Shown: positions 1-9,904, numbered from the stretch's first letter. The stretch is 64,000 bases of DNA from Thermoplasmata archaeon (GCA_003560595.1 PWKY01000076.1:63-64062); one strand, 5' to 3'. The notes: generated by a model not told the origin, from the letters alone. Numbers and translations: made by a program.

Positions 1-37
1 GTAAATTAGGTATACTATCGCAAAGTATAACGATCAT
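1..37 (-). CDS. 5' start of a gene running off the left edge (MIVILCDSIPNL...)
   Basis: ATG at 37 on the minus strand, preceded by SD-like GAGGT and open to the window edge. Only 12 codons are visible. Confidence 0.45.
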   Translation of the reverse strand, partial: MIVILCDSIPNL

Positions 38-111
38 TCTATTACCTCTTGATTAATAAACTATATTATCGAATATAAATGTTTCCTTTGGTCTGAGTAT
101 ATACTCTTTAA

Positions 112-126
112 GTAACTTTTATATAC
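112..126 (+). promoter_or_regulatory. Putative TATA box for the ileS leader transcript
   Basis: TTTTATATA at ~117-125, about 25 nt upstream of the leader-peptide ATG (150). The same spacing occurs before other apparently leaderless genes here (cysS, GNAT at 60703). Confidence 0.55.
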
Positions 127-149
127 GTCTCCCGCTTCCATTTTTCATC

Positions 150-194
150 ATGAACCGTACATGCATTAACTCAGGATTAATCATCATAAGATGA
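150..194 (+). CDS. Putative ileS leader peptide MNRTCINSGLIIIR (14 aa, 4 Ile codons, three in tandem)
   Basis: ATG AAC CGT ACA TGC ATT AAC TCA GGA TTA ATC ATC ATA AGA TGA; ends 50 nt before the ileS ATG. Confidence 0.65.
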   Translation: MNRTCINSGLIIIR

Positions 195-242
195 GTTGAC
201 GGTATGTTCGGTTCTCGTTTATCAGCATTTTTCGGGGATCGA
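152..242 (+). promoter_or_regulatory. Structured 5' leader of ileS with alternative hairpins (candidate attenuator)
   Basis: Stem 152-157/209-214, 159-164/202-207 and 166-173/192-199. A competing stem 208-217/233-242 covers the GGGGA upstream of the ileS ATG. Confidence 0.55.
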
Positions 243-244
243 TT

Positions 245-3200
245 ATGAATAAAAAGGAACACCGCTTCGAACCACTCGACAAGGATACAATGTTCACGGA
301 GAAAGAGTTAGAAGTACTTAGGTTTTGGAAGGATAATAACATAGCAGAAATATCTCGCAGTCGAGAGAGGGACAAAAAGTTCGGTTTCACAGAAGGGCCT
401 CCCACCGCTAACGGACTTCCACACATCGGCCACGTGCTCACCAGGGTGGCAAAGGATGTGTATCTTAGGTATAAAACTATGGATGGATACCAGATCGTAC
501 CGAACATAGCTGGGTGGGATACCCACGGTCTTCCTGTAGAGATCGAAGTTGAAAAAGACCTGGGGATAGACTCGAAAGAGGAGATACTTGAATTTGGATT
601 GGAAAAATTCAACCGCATGTGCAAAGAGAGCGTCTTCAAATACGAAAAGGAATGGAGAGAGATGAGCGAGCGTATCGGATTCTGGATAGATTACGATAAC
701 GCTTACATAACCATGGAAGACGAATACATCGAAAGTGTCTGGTGGAGCCTCAAAGAGATCTGGAAAATGGGACTCCTGGAAGAAGGGCACAAAGTGGTCC
801 CTTACTGCCCTCGATGCGGTACACCACTATCTAGTCACGAGCAAGCACAGGGTTGGAAGCAGGTACGGGATCCATCCATATACATAAGGTTCAAATTGAA
901 GGACGAGGACGCATATCTCCTTGCCTGGACTACTACTCCCTGGACACTCATATCCAATCTATTACTCACCGTGGGAAAAGATCTAGATTACGCCTTGGTC
1001 GAGTATGAGGGCGAAAAGTATTACCTGGCTGAAAAATTGGTGGACGAGGTGTTCGAGGATGTCGAGGTGATCAAAACTGTGAAAGGAGAAGAACTTCTGG
1101 GAAAGGAATATGAACCCATATTCCCATACGTTACTTCTACCAGTAAGAGCCATTACGTCACCCACGCCGACTTCGTTAGCCTGGAAGATGGTACCGGTAT
1201 AGTACACATCGCTCCTGCATTCGGTGAGGACGACAGTCAGCTTTGCCAGGAAGAGGGAGTAGCACTGGTGAATCCAGTGGATGAGAACGGTAAATTCACA
1301 GAAGAAGTCGCAGATTACGCGGGAATATTCGTAAAGGACGCCGACGGACAGATAATGACTGATCTTTACGAACGAGGAGATCTGATAAAGAGAGCATCAA
1401 TCAAACATACCTACCCGTTCTGCTGGAGGTGTGATTCACCTTTACTTTACTACGCTCTAGAGAGCTGGTTCATACGTACATCCAAAGAAAAGCAGCGTTT
1501 GATAGATAATAACGAAAAAGTTAGGTGGAAACCCGAACATCTGAAGCACGGTAGGTTCGGCAATTTCCTCGACGAATTGAAAGATTGGTCCCTCAGCAGG
1601 AACAGATTCTGGGGTACACCCTTACCCATATGGATATGTTCGGAAGAACATCAGCACTGTGTAGGCAGTAAAGAGGAGCTGGAAGAGATGGCTACCGAAC
1701 CCCTGCCCGAGGACTTCGAGCTCCACCGTCCGTGGGTGGACAGGGTAAAACTGGAATGCCCGGAATGCGGTAAAGATATGAGCAGAGTTGAGTACGTTAT
1801 CGACTGCTGGTACGACAGCGGCAGCGCACCCTTCGCACAGTTCCACTACCCCTTCGAGAACAAAGAACGTTTCGAAGAGGCTTTTCCGATAGACTTTATA
1901 ACCGAAGCTCTAGACCAAACAAGAGGGTGGTTCTACAGTTTGCTGGCCATAAGCTCGTTATTGCACGATAAACCGGCTTACATGAGCTGCCTTACCCTCG
2001 GTCTTGTCCTTGATGAGGATGGGGAGAAGATGAGTAAAAGCAAGGGTAACGCGGTCGGTCCTATGGAAGCTATAGATAAACTAGGTTCAGATGCTATAAG
2101 ATTGTACTTCCTTAGCCTACCGGTATGGAGATCATCAAGGTTCAGCGAGGAACTGGTGAGAGAGAAGATAAGCAAGACTTTGAATACGTTGACCAACGTA
2201 GTTTCTTTCTTCGTCAGCAATGCAAACATAGACGGTTTCGTACCTGATGAGTTCGAAGTGGAAGATAAACTAGATAGGTGGCTGCTTTCAAAGAATCAGA
2301 GCCTGGTATTCGAAGTGAGAAAGTATCTGGATGACCTGGAGGTCCACAAAGCTACCAGAGCCATAGAAGGCTTCATCGATGACCTCAGTAACTGGTATCT
2401 GCGTAGAAGTAGAAGGCGGTTCTGGGAAGGAGATGAGAAAGACAAAGAGAGCGCTTACAACACTCTTTACACCTCTTTAAAAAATCTTACACTAGTGATG
2501 GCTCCGTTCACACCCTTCATCACCGAAAGGATATACCGTTCGCTCTTCAAGGTCACAGAGGATGAGGGATCCGTTCATCTATTGGAGTATCCGGAATTTG
2601 ACGGATCTATGGTTGATAGAGATCTGGAAAAGAAAATGTCTTACGTCATCCAGGTGGCCGAACTAGGTAGGAACGCCCGCCAGAAGAGTAACATAAAGCT
2701 CAGACAGCCTTTAAAGGAAGCATTCGTGGTCACTGATGATAAGGAAAAACAGCAGGCGATTCAGCACTTCAGTGAGGTACTGAAAGATGAATTGAACGTC
2801 AAGATACTGGAGGTCAAAAAGGACAGATCCTCTTTCATGAAATTCGTAGTCAGCCCCAACTTTTCGTCCCTAGGACCTAGATTCAAAGGAGACGCTGGAA
2901 AGGTAGCTGCTATGATCGAACAAGCGGATAAAGAAAAGGTGGTAGAAGCTGTATCAGATGAAAGAGACATCGAAATAGATGGATACACGCTTATACCTGA
3001 AGACTTCAAAGTTGAAAAGGAGTTAGCAGAGGGTTATACCCTCAGCGAAAACGGAGAGCTCAATGTCTTCATCAACACCGTTCTGGATGAAGAACTTATC
3101 AACGAAGGTTTGGCAAGGGACGTCGTAAGGCGTATACAGACCATGAGGAAAGAGATGGACCTGGGTTACACTCAGAACATACACACTAGATACGAAGGTG

Positions 3201-3358
3201 ATGAGAAGATAACAGAAGCCGTCAAGGTGATGAAAGAGTATATCTCACGTGAAACACTCTCAAAAACACTAGAAGAAGGAAAGGGAAACGGTTACGATAA
3301 AGACTGGGATATAGATGGTATGATCATCACTCTAAACGTAGAAGCGATCGATGGATAA
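245..3358 (+). CDS. ileS: Isoleucine--tRNA ligase (archaeal/eukaryote type)
   Basis: GPPTANGLPHIGH (HIGH), GWDTHGLPVE, WTTTPWTL, GTGIVHIAP editing motif, DQTRGWF, KMSKS. Confidence 0.98.
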   Translation: MNKKEHRFEPLDKDTMFTEKELEVLRFWKDNNIAEISRSRERDKKFGFTEGPPTANGLPHIGHVLTRVAKDVYLRYKTMDGYQIVPNIAGWDTHGLPVEIEVEKDLGIDSKEEILEFGLEKFNRMCKESVFKYEKEWREMSERIGFWIDYDNAYITMEDEYIESVWWSLKEIWKMGLLEEGHKVVPYCPRCGTPLSSHEQAQGWKQVRDPSIYIRFKLKDEDAYLLAWTTTPWTLISNLLLTVGKDLDYALVEYEGEKYYLAEKLVDEVFEDVEVIKTVKGEELLGKEYEPIFPYVTSTSKSHYVTHADFVSLEDGTGIVHIAPAFGEDDSQLCQEEGVALVNPVDENGKFTEEVADYAGIFVKDADGQIMTDLYERGDLIKRASIKHTYPFCWRCDSPLLYYALESWFIRTSKEKQRLIDNNEKVRWKPEHLKHGRFGNFLDELKDWSLSRNRFWGTPLPIWICSEEHQHCVGSKEELEEMATEPLPEDFELHRPWVDRVKLECPECGKDMSRVEYVIDCWYDSGSAPFAQFHYPFENKERFEEAFPIDFITEALDQTRGWFYSLLAISSLLHDKPAYMSCLTLGLVLDEDGEKMSKSKGNAVGPMEAIDKLGSDAIRLYFLSLPVWRSSRFSEELVREKISKTLNTLTNVVSFFVSNANIDGFVPDEFEVEDKLDRWLLSKNQSLVFEVRKYLDDLEVHKATRAIEGFIDDLSNWYLRRSRRRFWEGDEKDKESAYNTLYTSLKNLTLVMAPFTPFITERIYRSLFKVTEDEGSVHLLEYPEFDGSMVDRDLEKKMSYVIQVAELGRNARQKSNIKLRQPLKEAFVVTDDKEKQQAIQHFSEVLKDELNVKILEVKKDRSSFMKFVVSPNFSSLGPRFKGDAGKVAAMIEQADKEKVVEAVSDERDIEIDGYTLIPEDFKVEKELAEGYTLSENGELNVFINTVLDEELINEGLARDVVRRIQTMRKEMDLGYTQNIHTRYEGDEKITEAVKVMKEYISRETLSKTLEEGKGNGYDKDWDIDGMIITLNVEAIDG

Positions 3359-3398
3359 AAGATATAAACACCAACACAGATGATAGGAAGGTAATCAG

Positions 3399-3818
3399 AT
3401 GGATGAAGTGGAATTAGTTGTAAAAAAAAGGAATAGCTTGTTCAGGTTTCCCGAGGACATGGAGTATAGAGACCTGGCACCGGTATTTCCTGAGTTGTTA
3501 GACTTGTTCATGAGGATCTCGGATCAGTATCCAGAGGATAGTGGAGAGGAGTACATGGAGATGCTCATACGTTTGAACCTGAAGGACCTTACGCAAAATA
3601 AAAAGCCCATGGGGCATAACAGGGAAGCAAGATACAGGATGATATTTCCACAGGAAAGCGATAGGGTAGAATTTTTTGTTTATCCCAGGATATCTGAAGA
3701 CGAATCGGAAATCGATGTTATCACCCAGAAGTTGAGTGACTTTTTTGATGATAAGGATATCGAGCACGAGATCATCTGGGATCAGATGCGCTCTTTGATG
3801 AAAGAAGAAAAGATATGA
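3399..3818 (+). CDS. Hypothetical protein (139 aa, acidic)
   Basis: Clean ORF with upstream SD-like GGAAGG; no recognised motif. Confidence 0.7.
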   Translation: MDEVELVVKKRNSLFRFPEDMEYRDLAPVFPELLDLFMRISDQYPEDSGEEYMEMLIRLNLKDLTQNKKPMGHNREARYRMIFPQESDRVEFFVYPRISEDESEIDVITQKLSDFFDDKDIEHEIIWDQMRSLMKEEKI

Positions 3819-3820
3819 GT

Positions 3821-5743
3821 CTATCGGTCAAAGAATGATCTACAAACAGAATTCAGTTCGTCAGTAGAATTGTAAAGAAAATCCGAGGGCATGGATTTTT
3901 TGTAGCGTGAATAGTTGAATCTTTTGTCCATCAAAACGATGACCGCCTTATCTTCTTTTGACCGTATAGACCGACCGGCTGCTTGAAGTACTCTATTCAA
4001 TGCAGGGTATATCCTGGTATAATCGTATCCCTTCTGCCTTCCGAACTTGTTTGTATAGTAATCTTGTAAAGCGTCTAACTCTAATGATGGGGGTGGGAAG
4101 GGGATGCCTATTATAAGTACGCTGGATAATATATTGTTACGGTAATCAACTCCCTCGGACAGGCTTCCTCCTTGAACACCGATCAACAGTTTATCGTTGT
4201 TGATGTGCAGCTTATTTACCATCTCTTCTTTATCACGTTTTCCCAGTGAACGCTCTTCGATCAACATCTGTTTTTCAAGATGCACACGTTCCAAACGATC
4301 GATTATCTTGTTCATCAAGCTGTAGGATGGGAAGAAAGCCGCCACGTTACCTGGCGTGTTGTTGCACACATCGGCTATGGCATTGGCATAGGCTTGGTAC
4401 ATTGGTATGCTTCTCTCTTTGTAAGAAGTTGTCAGGTTGCTAACGCTGACCACCTCCCGGTTCTCAGGTGGGAAGGGAGAACTGTATCTTTTTATGATCG
4501 GTTCATCTATTCCCAAAAGATCGGCATACATCTCACCAGGGTGAAGGGTACCGCTCATTAGTACTGCTCCCGGTGTTCGATCGAATACCTCTGCAGATAA
4601 GTATGCCGGATCGAGTAAACTCACTCGTAATGTTGGCGGGTCGGGTTCGAAACTTCTGAACACCTCCTTTCCCTCGTGCTGCCACTGGCTCAAAAAGGAT
4701 ACCAAATGTAATGGGGCGGTTGCTGCGGAATCCCGTTCGATCAGTGCAACCGCTTGTTCGTTCAAATCAGGTATCAGTGATCCAACGTCTTCGTACCTGC
4801 CGAATCCTCCTCTCAAAGCAACATCCACCTTATCGTCGAAAAATTCCTTATCAATCACTTTCTTATTTTCCTTAACACCCGCCAGTTCGTTCATCAACCG
4901 CTTGATGAAACCAGCGAGTTCTGCGTTTTGATCGTTAAGAAGTGCGAAGGCTTCGCTGAGTAACGGCAGTGATATCTCCTCGTTTAGATGTGCCCTTACT
5001 CTGTCTGGAAGATTATGTGCCTCGTCAACGATGAGATATATATCATCTAACTCTGCCTCTACGGTTTTGAGTACAGTTTCCCGAATATCCGAGAATACGT
5101 AGTTATAGTCACAGACCACTACCTGGGCATCCTGGGCAGCCTGGAGGGCCGCCTTGTGAGGACATACACCTTTACGATAACAAGTTCTTGTTAATTCATC
5201 CACATGGAGGGGTCTTTTTTTGAGTTTGTCCACTACCTTATCCATCTTTTTACCGTACGTATTACAGCGGTTGTTTCCCGCTTCACTGCAGAAGCGTTCG
5301 AAGGCCGCGTAGGGTAAGGATCGGGATTCCTCTAGTGGGCACATATGTTGTTTAGATATCACGTCCACCGCGGAGATGTCTTTACGAAGATCCCTGACCG
5401 TGTCGATGGCCATACGATGCTGGGATTGCTTACTTGTCAAGAAAAATATCTTTTCATCGTCTGCGGCTTTAACGACGGCGGTCAGTGCCGCGACGGTCTT
5501 TCCTATACCGGTGGGTGCATGGGCCAATAATATCTTTCCTTCCTTGAAAGCATGTTCTGAATCCTCCATGAATTGCTTCTGACCGCTGCGTATATTCTTG
5601 TATGGAAATATCCCTACACCACCCTCTCTTAACTCGGGAGAAGAAGTTTTAACCCTGTGGTTAGCATCGGATCTATTGCACTTTGGGCAGTCGTCTGAAT
5701 TGGGAGGTAACATGGTACTACATCGGCTGCAAAATCCCGGCAT
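3821..5743 (-). CDS. xpd: XPD/Rad3/DinG-family Fe-S DNA helicase with N-terminal zinc ribbon
   Basis: APTGIGKT Walker A, four Fe-S-type Cys, VDEAHN, SGTL, SEGVDY, QAAGRSIR. Start placed at ATG 5743 (MPGFCSRC). Confidence 0.9.
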   Translation of the reverse strand: MPGFCSRCSTMLPPNSDDCPKCNRSDANHRVKTSSPELREGGVGIFPYKNIRSGQKQFMEDSEHAFKEGKILLAHAPTGIGKTVAALTAVVKAADDEKIFFLTSKQSQHRMAIDTVRDLRKDISAVDVISKQHMCPLEESRSLPYAAFERFCSEAGNNRCNTYGKKMDKVVDKLKKRPLHVDELTRTCYRKGVCPHKAALQAAQDAQVVVCDYNYVFSDIRETVLKTVEAELDDIYLIVDEAHNLPDRVRAHLNEEISLPLLSEAFALLNDQNAELAGFIKRLMNELAGVKENKKVIDKEFFDDKVDVALRGGFGRYEDVGSLIPDLNEQAVALIERDSAATAPLHLVSFLSQWQHEGKEVFRSFEPDPPTLRVSLLDPAYLSAEVFDRTPGAVLMSGTLHPGEMYADLLGIDEPIIKRYSSPFPPENREVVSVSNLTTSYKERSIPMYQAYANAIADVCNNTPGNVAAFFPSYSLMNKIIDRLERVHLEKQMLIEERSLGKRDKEEMVNKLHINNDKLLIGVQGGSLSEGVDYRNNILSSVLIIGIPFPPPSLELDALQDYYTNKFGRQKGYDYTRIYPALNRVLQAAGRSIRSKEDKAVIVLMDKRFNYSRYKKSMPSDFLYNSTDELNSVCRSFFDR

Positions 5744-5859
5744 CAAAACACCCAAAAGGACATGATTATTATTACTTTTGGATTTGGATACACCAAAGTC
5801 CCGCAACAAATAATAAATAAAGAGTGCAGGATACGAAAGTCGAACAAAGGTGTTAATCG

Positions 5860-6051
5860 ATGGAATGTAAAAAAGAAGATAACATGGAAAGGTGCAACTG
5901 TAGCTATCCTGGATGCCCTCGTAAGGGTATATGTTGCGAATGTCTGGCCTATCATCTATCTAACAACCAACTGCCGGCATGCGCTTTCCCTGATGATGTA
6001 GAGAAGACCTACGACCGTTCATTTTCCAAATTCGCCGAGATACATGGTTGA
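5860..6051 (+). CDS. Small Cys-rich protein (DUF6485-like)
   Basis: [21 protein letters not shown]...LPAC pattern; SD-like AGGTG; overlaps the next gene. Confidence 0.8.
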   Translation: MECKKEDNMERCNCSYPGCPRKGICCECLAYHLSNNQLPACAFPDDVEKTYDRSFSKFAEIHG

Positions 6052-6652
6052 GATCGAGAGTATAATAGCCAGAGGTTTTTCCTCTAACGTTTTCATCGTT
6101 AAAGGAGAGAAAAACTTCATCGTGGATACCGGTTTAGGGGATGAAATGATCGATGGAATTCGGGGGGATGTAGATTGCATATTACTCACACATAGACATT
6201 TCGACCACACCGGTAATTTAGAGAAGATGATGGAGTTATTAGATGTACCGGCCTACGCTTATCACTTGGAAGCCGAGGCTCTGAGGAAGGCTGACGACCG
6301 GACTATACTTTCAAGTAGTTTCGGTACCCGGATGCCCGAAATAGACGTTAAGGATCTGAACGATAATACTTTCGGTGGTTTCGAAGTTATCCATACACCG
6401 GGCCATACAGACGGAAGCATCTGTCTCTATCATCGAGATGAGAAGATACTTATATCCGGGGATACGGTATTCCCAGGGGGCGGGGTAGGGCGAACGGACT
6501 TACCGACAGGTGATATGGTAAAATTGATCGATTCAGTGAAGAGATTAAAAGAGTACGACGTTGAGTCTATCTACTCTGGCCATGGATATGTTGTAGAAGA
6601 AGACGGCAGCAGACATATCGACCTATCTTTGAGGAATATATCATACCTGTGA
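6044..6652 (+). CDS. MBL-fold metallo-hydrolase (glyoxalase II-like)
   Basis: [26 protein letters not shown]. Confidence 0.92.
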   Translation: MVEIESIIARGFSSNVFIVKGEKNFIVDTGLGDEMIDGIRGDVDCILLTHRHFDHTGNLEKMMELLDVPAYAYHLEAEALRKADDRTILSSSFGTRMPEIDVKDLNDNTFGGFEVIHTPGHTDGSICLYHRDEKILISGDTVFPGGGVGRTDLPTGDMVKLIDSVKRLKEYDVESIYSGHGYVVEEDGSRHIDLSLRNISYL

Positions 6653-6661
6653 GGAATAGAC

Positions 6662-7267
6662 ATGGAGATCAAATGCAGTAAAGAAGAATGTAAGGGCAAG
6701 AATATCGAAAACATACTGACCATGGTCAACGAGGTGCTTAGTATGGGTGAGTTGATAGTTTATCCTACAGAAACTCTTTACGGTCTTGGAGTTGACGCTA
6801 CAAAGCCAGAATTGATAGACAAAGTCAGAGATATAAAAGGTACTCCCAGGGGGCAAGGGATATCCATAGCATATCTAGATATAGAACATGCTGTAGAATA
6901 TCTTGGAGATATACCAGAGCTTGCATGGGATTTAGCTAAAAGATTTACACCAGGTCCCTTAACCATAGTTATAGAAAAAGAAGGTAAAACCGAAGGGATA
7001 AGGATACCAAACCACCCACTGACCAGACAGATTATCGAAGATTTCGGACCTATCACCTCCACTAGTGCTAACAAGCACGGTGCACCCTCGCCAATAGATA
7101 CCAGTACCGCAAAAACACAGTTGGGTGACGATGTACGGTTGTACTTGAACTGCGGGAAGTGTGAGATAGGCAAGGGGACGACCGTGGTGAAAGTTGACGA
7201 TAGAGTAGAGATCCTGCGGGAAGGTTCTATTTCAAAAGAAGAACTAGGTGATGTTGTTGGCTGTTGA
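6662..7267 (+). CDS. sua5: L-threonylcarbamoyladenylate synthase, YrdC/TsaC single-domain type
   Basis: VYPTETLYGLG, PGPLTIV, GIRIP, TSTSAN, ILREG. Confidence 0.88.
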   Translation: MEIKCSKEECKGKNIENILTMVNEVLSMGELIVYPTETLYGLGVDATKPELIDKVRDIKGTPRGQGISIAYLDIEHAVEYLGDIPELAWDLAKRFTPGPLTIVIEKEGKTEGIRIPNHPLTRQIIEDFGPITSTSANKHGAPSPIDTSTAKTQLGDDVRLYLNCGKCEIGKGTTVVKVDDRVEILREGSISKEELGDVVGC

Positions 7268-8141
7268 TGTTATCAAAAAATATCTGAAGGCAGGTAAAGC
7301 TGCTAGAAAGGCGCTTGTAAGAGGGACAGAAGTCTGTAAAGTGGGTACCTCCTACTTCGAAGTTGTCAAAGAAGTTGAAAGCGCTATCGCCGAAGAAGGT
7401 GCTTTTCCAGCATTTCCTGTGAACGTGAGTGTCAATCACATAGGTGCACACTATACTCCTTATCCCGGTGACGGTAAGGTTTTCAAGAAAGGGGATGTTG
7501 TGAAAATCGACGTTGGATGCCATGTAGACGGATACATAGCAGATAACGCCGCTACCGTGGAGTTGGAAACAAAAAGATATACCGATCTTATAGAGGCAGC
7601 GGAAGAAGCTCTTTCAGTGGCGATCAAAACCATAAGAGAAGGTGTCAAAACCGGAGATGTCGGGAAAAACATAGAGTCAGTGATCAATAATAGAGGCTAC
7701 CGGCCGATAAAGAATCTTTCCGGACATGCCATAGAAAGGTATGAACTCCATTCGGGATTATCGATTCCTAATGTAGGTAGAGGTAGAGATAAGATACAAA
7801 AAGGTATGATACTGGCTGTTGAGCCCTTCGCTACAGATGGTAAGGGTAAGGTGGTAAATGGTAGGTCTAGTGAGATCTTACGTCTAAGAGGAGAAAGGCG
7901 TCTAAAAGGTGAAGATTTAGAGTTCTATCGTTGGCTGAAGAATACCTTCGATGATCTACCTTTTGCATCCTACTGGTGTAGATCCTATGGTAAGGAATAT
8001 CAAAGATTGTTGAAAAGGGTAAAACGTTTCGGAGCTGTCATGGCTTATCCGATACTGGTAGAAGCAAATAATGGTATCATAACACAAAGAGAAGATACGA
8101 TGATCGTGACTTCGAAGGGTGCGAGGGTTATCACCAAATAA
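7248..8141 (+). CDS. map: Methionine aminopeptidase type II
   Basis: AFPVNVSVN..AHYTP, KIDVGCHVDGYIADNA, NLSGH, AVEPFAT. Confidence 0.95.
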   Translation: MMLLAVDVIKKYLKAGKAARKALVRGTEVCKVGTSYFEVVKEVESAIAEEGAFPAFPVNVSVNHIGAHYTPYPGDGKVFKKGDVVKIDVGCHVDGYIADNAATVELETKRYTDLIEAAEEALSVAIKTIREGVKTGDVGKNIESVINNRGYRPIKNLSGHAIERYELHSGLSIPNVGRGRDKIQKGMILAVEPFATDGKGKVVNGRSSEILRLRGERRLKGEDLEFYRWLKNTFDDLPFASYWCRSYGKEYQRLLKRVKRFGAVMAYPILVEANNGIITQREDTMIVTSKGARVITK

Positions 8142-8142
8142 T

Positions 8143-8844
8143 TCACATCTTCTTTTTCCAATCTTCCATAATCGTTTTACTCTTGAATATTTTATCCCAA
8201 TCCTCGTCGTAGTGTGGGTTTGTGATGGTGACCAAAAAGATCACGAAGATGAATGCCAAGATGAAGGGTACAACTACCACACCAGAGATTGTGAGAAATT
8301 CTGCACGTATAATAATCTTTGAAAGGCTATCTGCAGGGGTAGGATGCATAGCAAGTTTACCGAACCATAGAAGAACGGTGAGGGTAAATAACCATACATA
8401 AACCCGCCTTAAACGGTGGGAGATGGCATGCCAGTATGGGATCTTGAAATGAGGTGATCTAAGGTCCTCAGCAAGGAGTTTCAGCCATTCCCTACTGGTT
8501 ACTTCGATATCCGGATCTAGAGTTCTAGATATATAATCCGTTTCCAACGCCCTGACTCGGCTGTGCCACACGTTGTAATACATGAACCTTCGGGCCTCTA
8601 TACCCAATAATATTGCTATAAATAGTAATGCAAACAAAAGAAGTTCATGGGGGTGATGTGGGTCGGAAAAAGTCCAGGTTATCAAAGCGGAAAGGATCAG
8701 TATCGCCCAGTTAGTGGATGTGTCTAATCGGGTACGCCAAGTATAGGAACGCTGCATCTCACCCCTGTACAAGTGGGCGATAGTGGTAGATATGTCAGCG
8801 CTAGATTGCTGTTCTATAAAATCTTCAGGGTCCAAATCCTTCAT
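8143..8844 (-). CDS. DUF2270-like membrane protein
   Basis: HLYRGE..R...WRTRLDTSTNWA, IEARRF, RLRRVY; four hydrophobic helices. Confidence 0.85.
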   Translation of the reverse strand: MKDLDPEDFIEQQSSADISTTIAHLYRGEMQRSYTWRTRLDTSTNWAILILSALITWTFSDPHHPHELLLFALLFIAILLGIEARRFMYYNVWHSRVRALETDYISRTLDPDIEVTSREWLKLLAEDLRSPHFKIPYWHAISHRLRRVYVWLFTLTVLLWFGKLAMHPTPADSLSKIIIRAEFLTISGVVVVPFILAFIFVIFLVTITNPHYDEDWDKIFKSKTIMEDWKKKM

Positions 8845-8887
8845 CGTCCAACCATATTGAGAACGGGTATTTAACGATTGACCTCTT

Positions 8888-9790
8888 TTATTGGTGTGCG
8901 AGGCCTATGATTTCATCCAAAGATCCGTATCCTTCCTGGTCTAGGAGCTCTATCATCTCGGAACTTATCTTTTCTGCAGCATCAAGACCGCGATAGTATA
9001 TCGAGGAGCCGAGCTGAAGAGCTGAAGAACCGGCCATGAAGTACTCTAGCGCATCTCGACCGGTTGTTACACCGCCACAACCTATGACGGGTATGTCAAC
9101 ACTCTTGTACACGTCGAAAACACATCGCAAGCCGATGGGTTTTATGCCCGGCCCGCTGTATCCTCCATACAAATTACCCAAAACAGGTCGGCCGGTTTCG
9201 TAGTTGATAGCCATAGATTTTACGGTATTGATAGCTACGATCCCATGAGCACCGGCATCTTCAACCACTTGTGATATAGTCACCATGTCAGACATCGGAG
9301 GTAGTTTAGGAAATACTGGTACATCTACATTTTTAACCACGTTTTCAACTATATCTCTAACCAATCCTACATCGGAACCTACGGAGGCACCATATCCTTC
9401 TGCATGAGGACAACTTAGGTTCAACTCTACCGCAGAAACTCCATGGTCCTCCATCTTTTTTGACAATCCTACAAAGTGATCTGTATTGGACGCATAAACG
9501 CTACCGATGATCGGTTTGTTGGGAATGAATTTACCGAGCTCTTTGCAAAATTCATCTATGCCAGGGTTAGGAAGGCCCATGGCGTTTAATATCCCTGTTT
9601 CTACGTCAACTATAGATGGATTGGGATGTCCTTCTCTTGAATCAGATCCCACGGATTTAGTGACTACGCCACCCATCCCCATCTCTATCATTTTTTCAAG
9701 GGATCCCGCTGTTTGGCCCATTATTCCAGATGCAAGTATCAAAGGTGGTTCAAAGGTTAAGCCCGCTAGGTTTGTTTTTAAATGCACCAT
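8888..9790 (-). CDS. pyrD: Dihydroorotate dehydrogenase, family 1 catalytic subunit
   Basis: ILASG, GVVTKS, LNAMGLPNPG, ELNLSCPH, AINTV, GGYSG, IGCGG. Confidence 0.95.
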   Translation of the reverse strand: MVHLKTNLAGLTFEPPLILASGIMGQTAGSLEKMIEMGMGGVVTKSVGSDSREGHPNPSIVDVETGILNAMGLPNPGIDEFCKELGKFIPNKPIIGSVYASNTDHFVGLSKKMEDHGVSAVELNLSCPHAEGYGASVGSDVGLVRDIVENVVKNVDVPVFPKLPPMSDMVTISQVVEDAGAHGIVAINTVKSMAINYETGRPVLGNLYGGYSGPGIKPIGLRCVFDVYKSVDIPVIGCGGVTTGRDALEYFMAGSSALQLGSSIYYRGLDAAEKISSEMIELLDQEGYGSLDEIIGLAHQ

Positions 9791-9904
9791 GTATTACCCC
9801 ATATAACATACCCTCTTTAACTTTTTTTGGAGATACAGCGATGATATTCAATCGATAAGATTATATGCAGTCCTTTCTTTTAGGGCAGACACAGGTCTTA
9901 CAAA

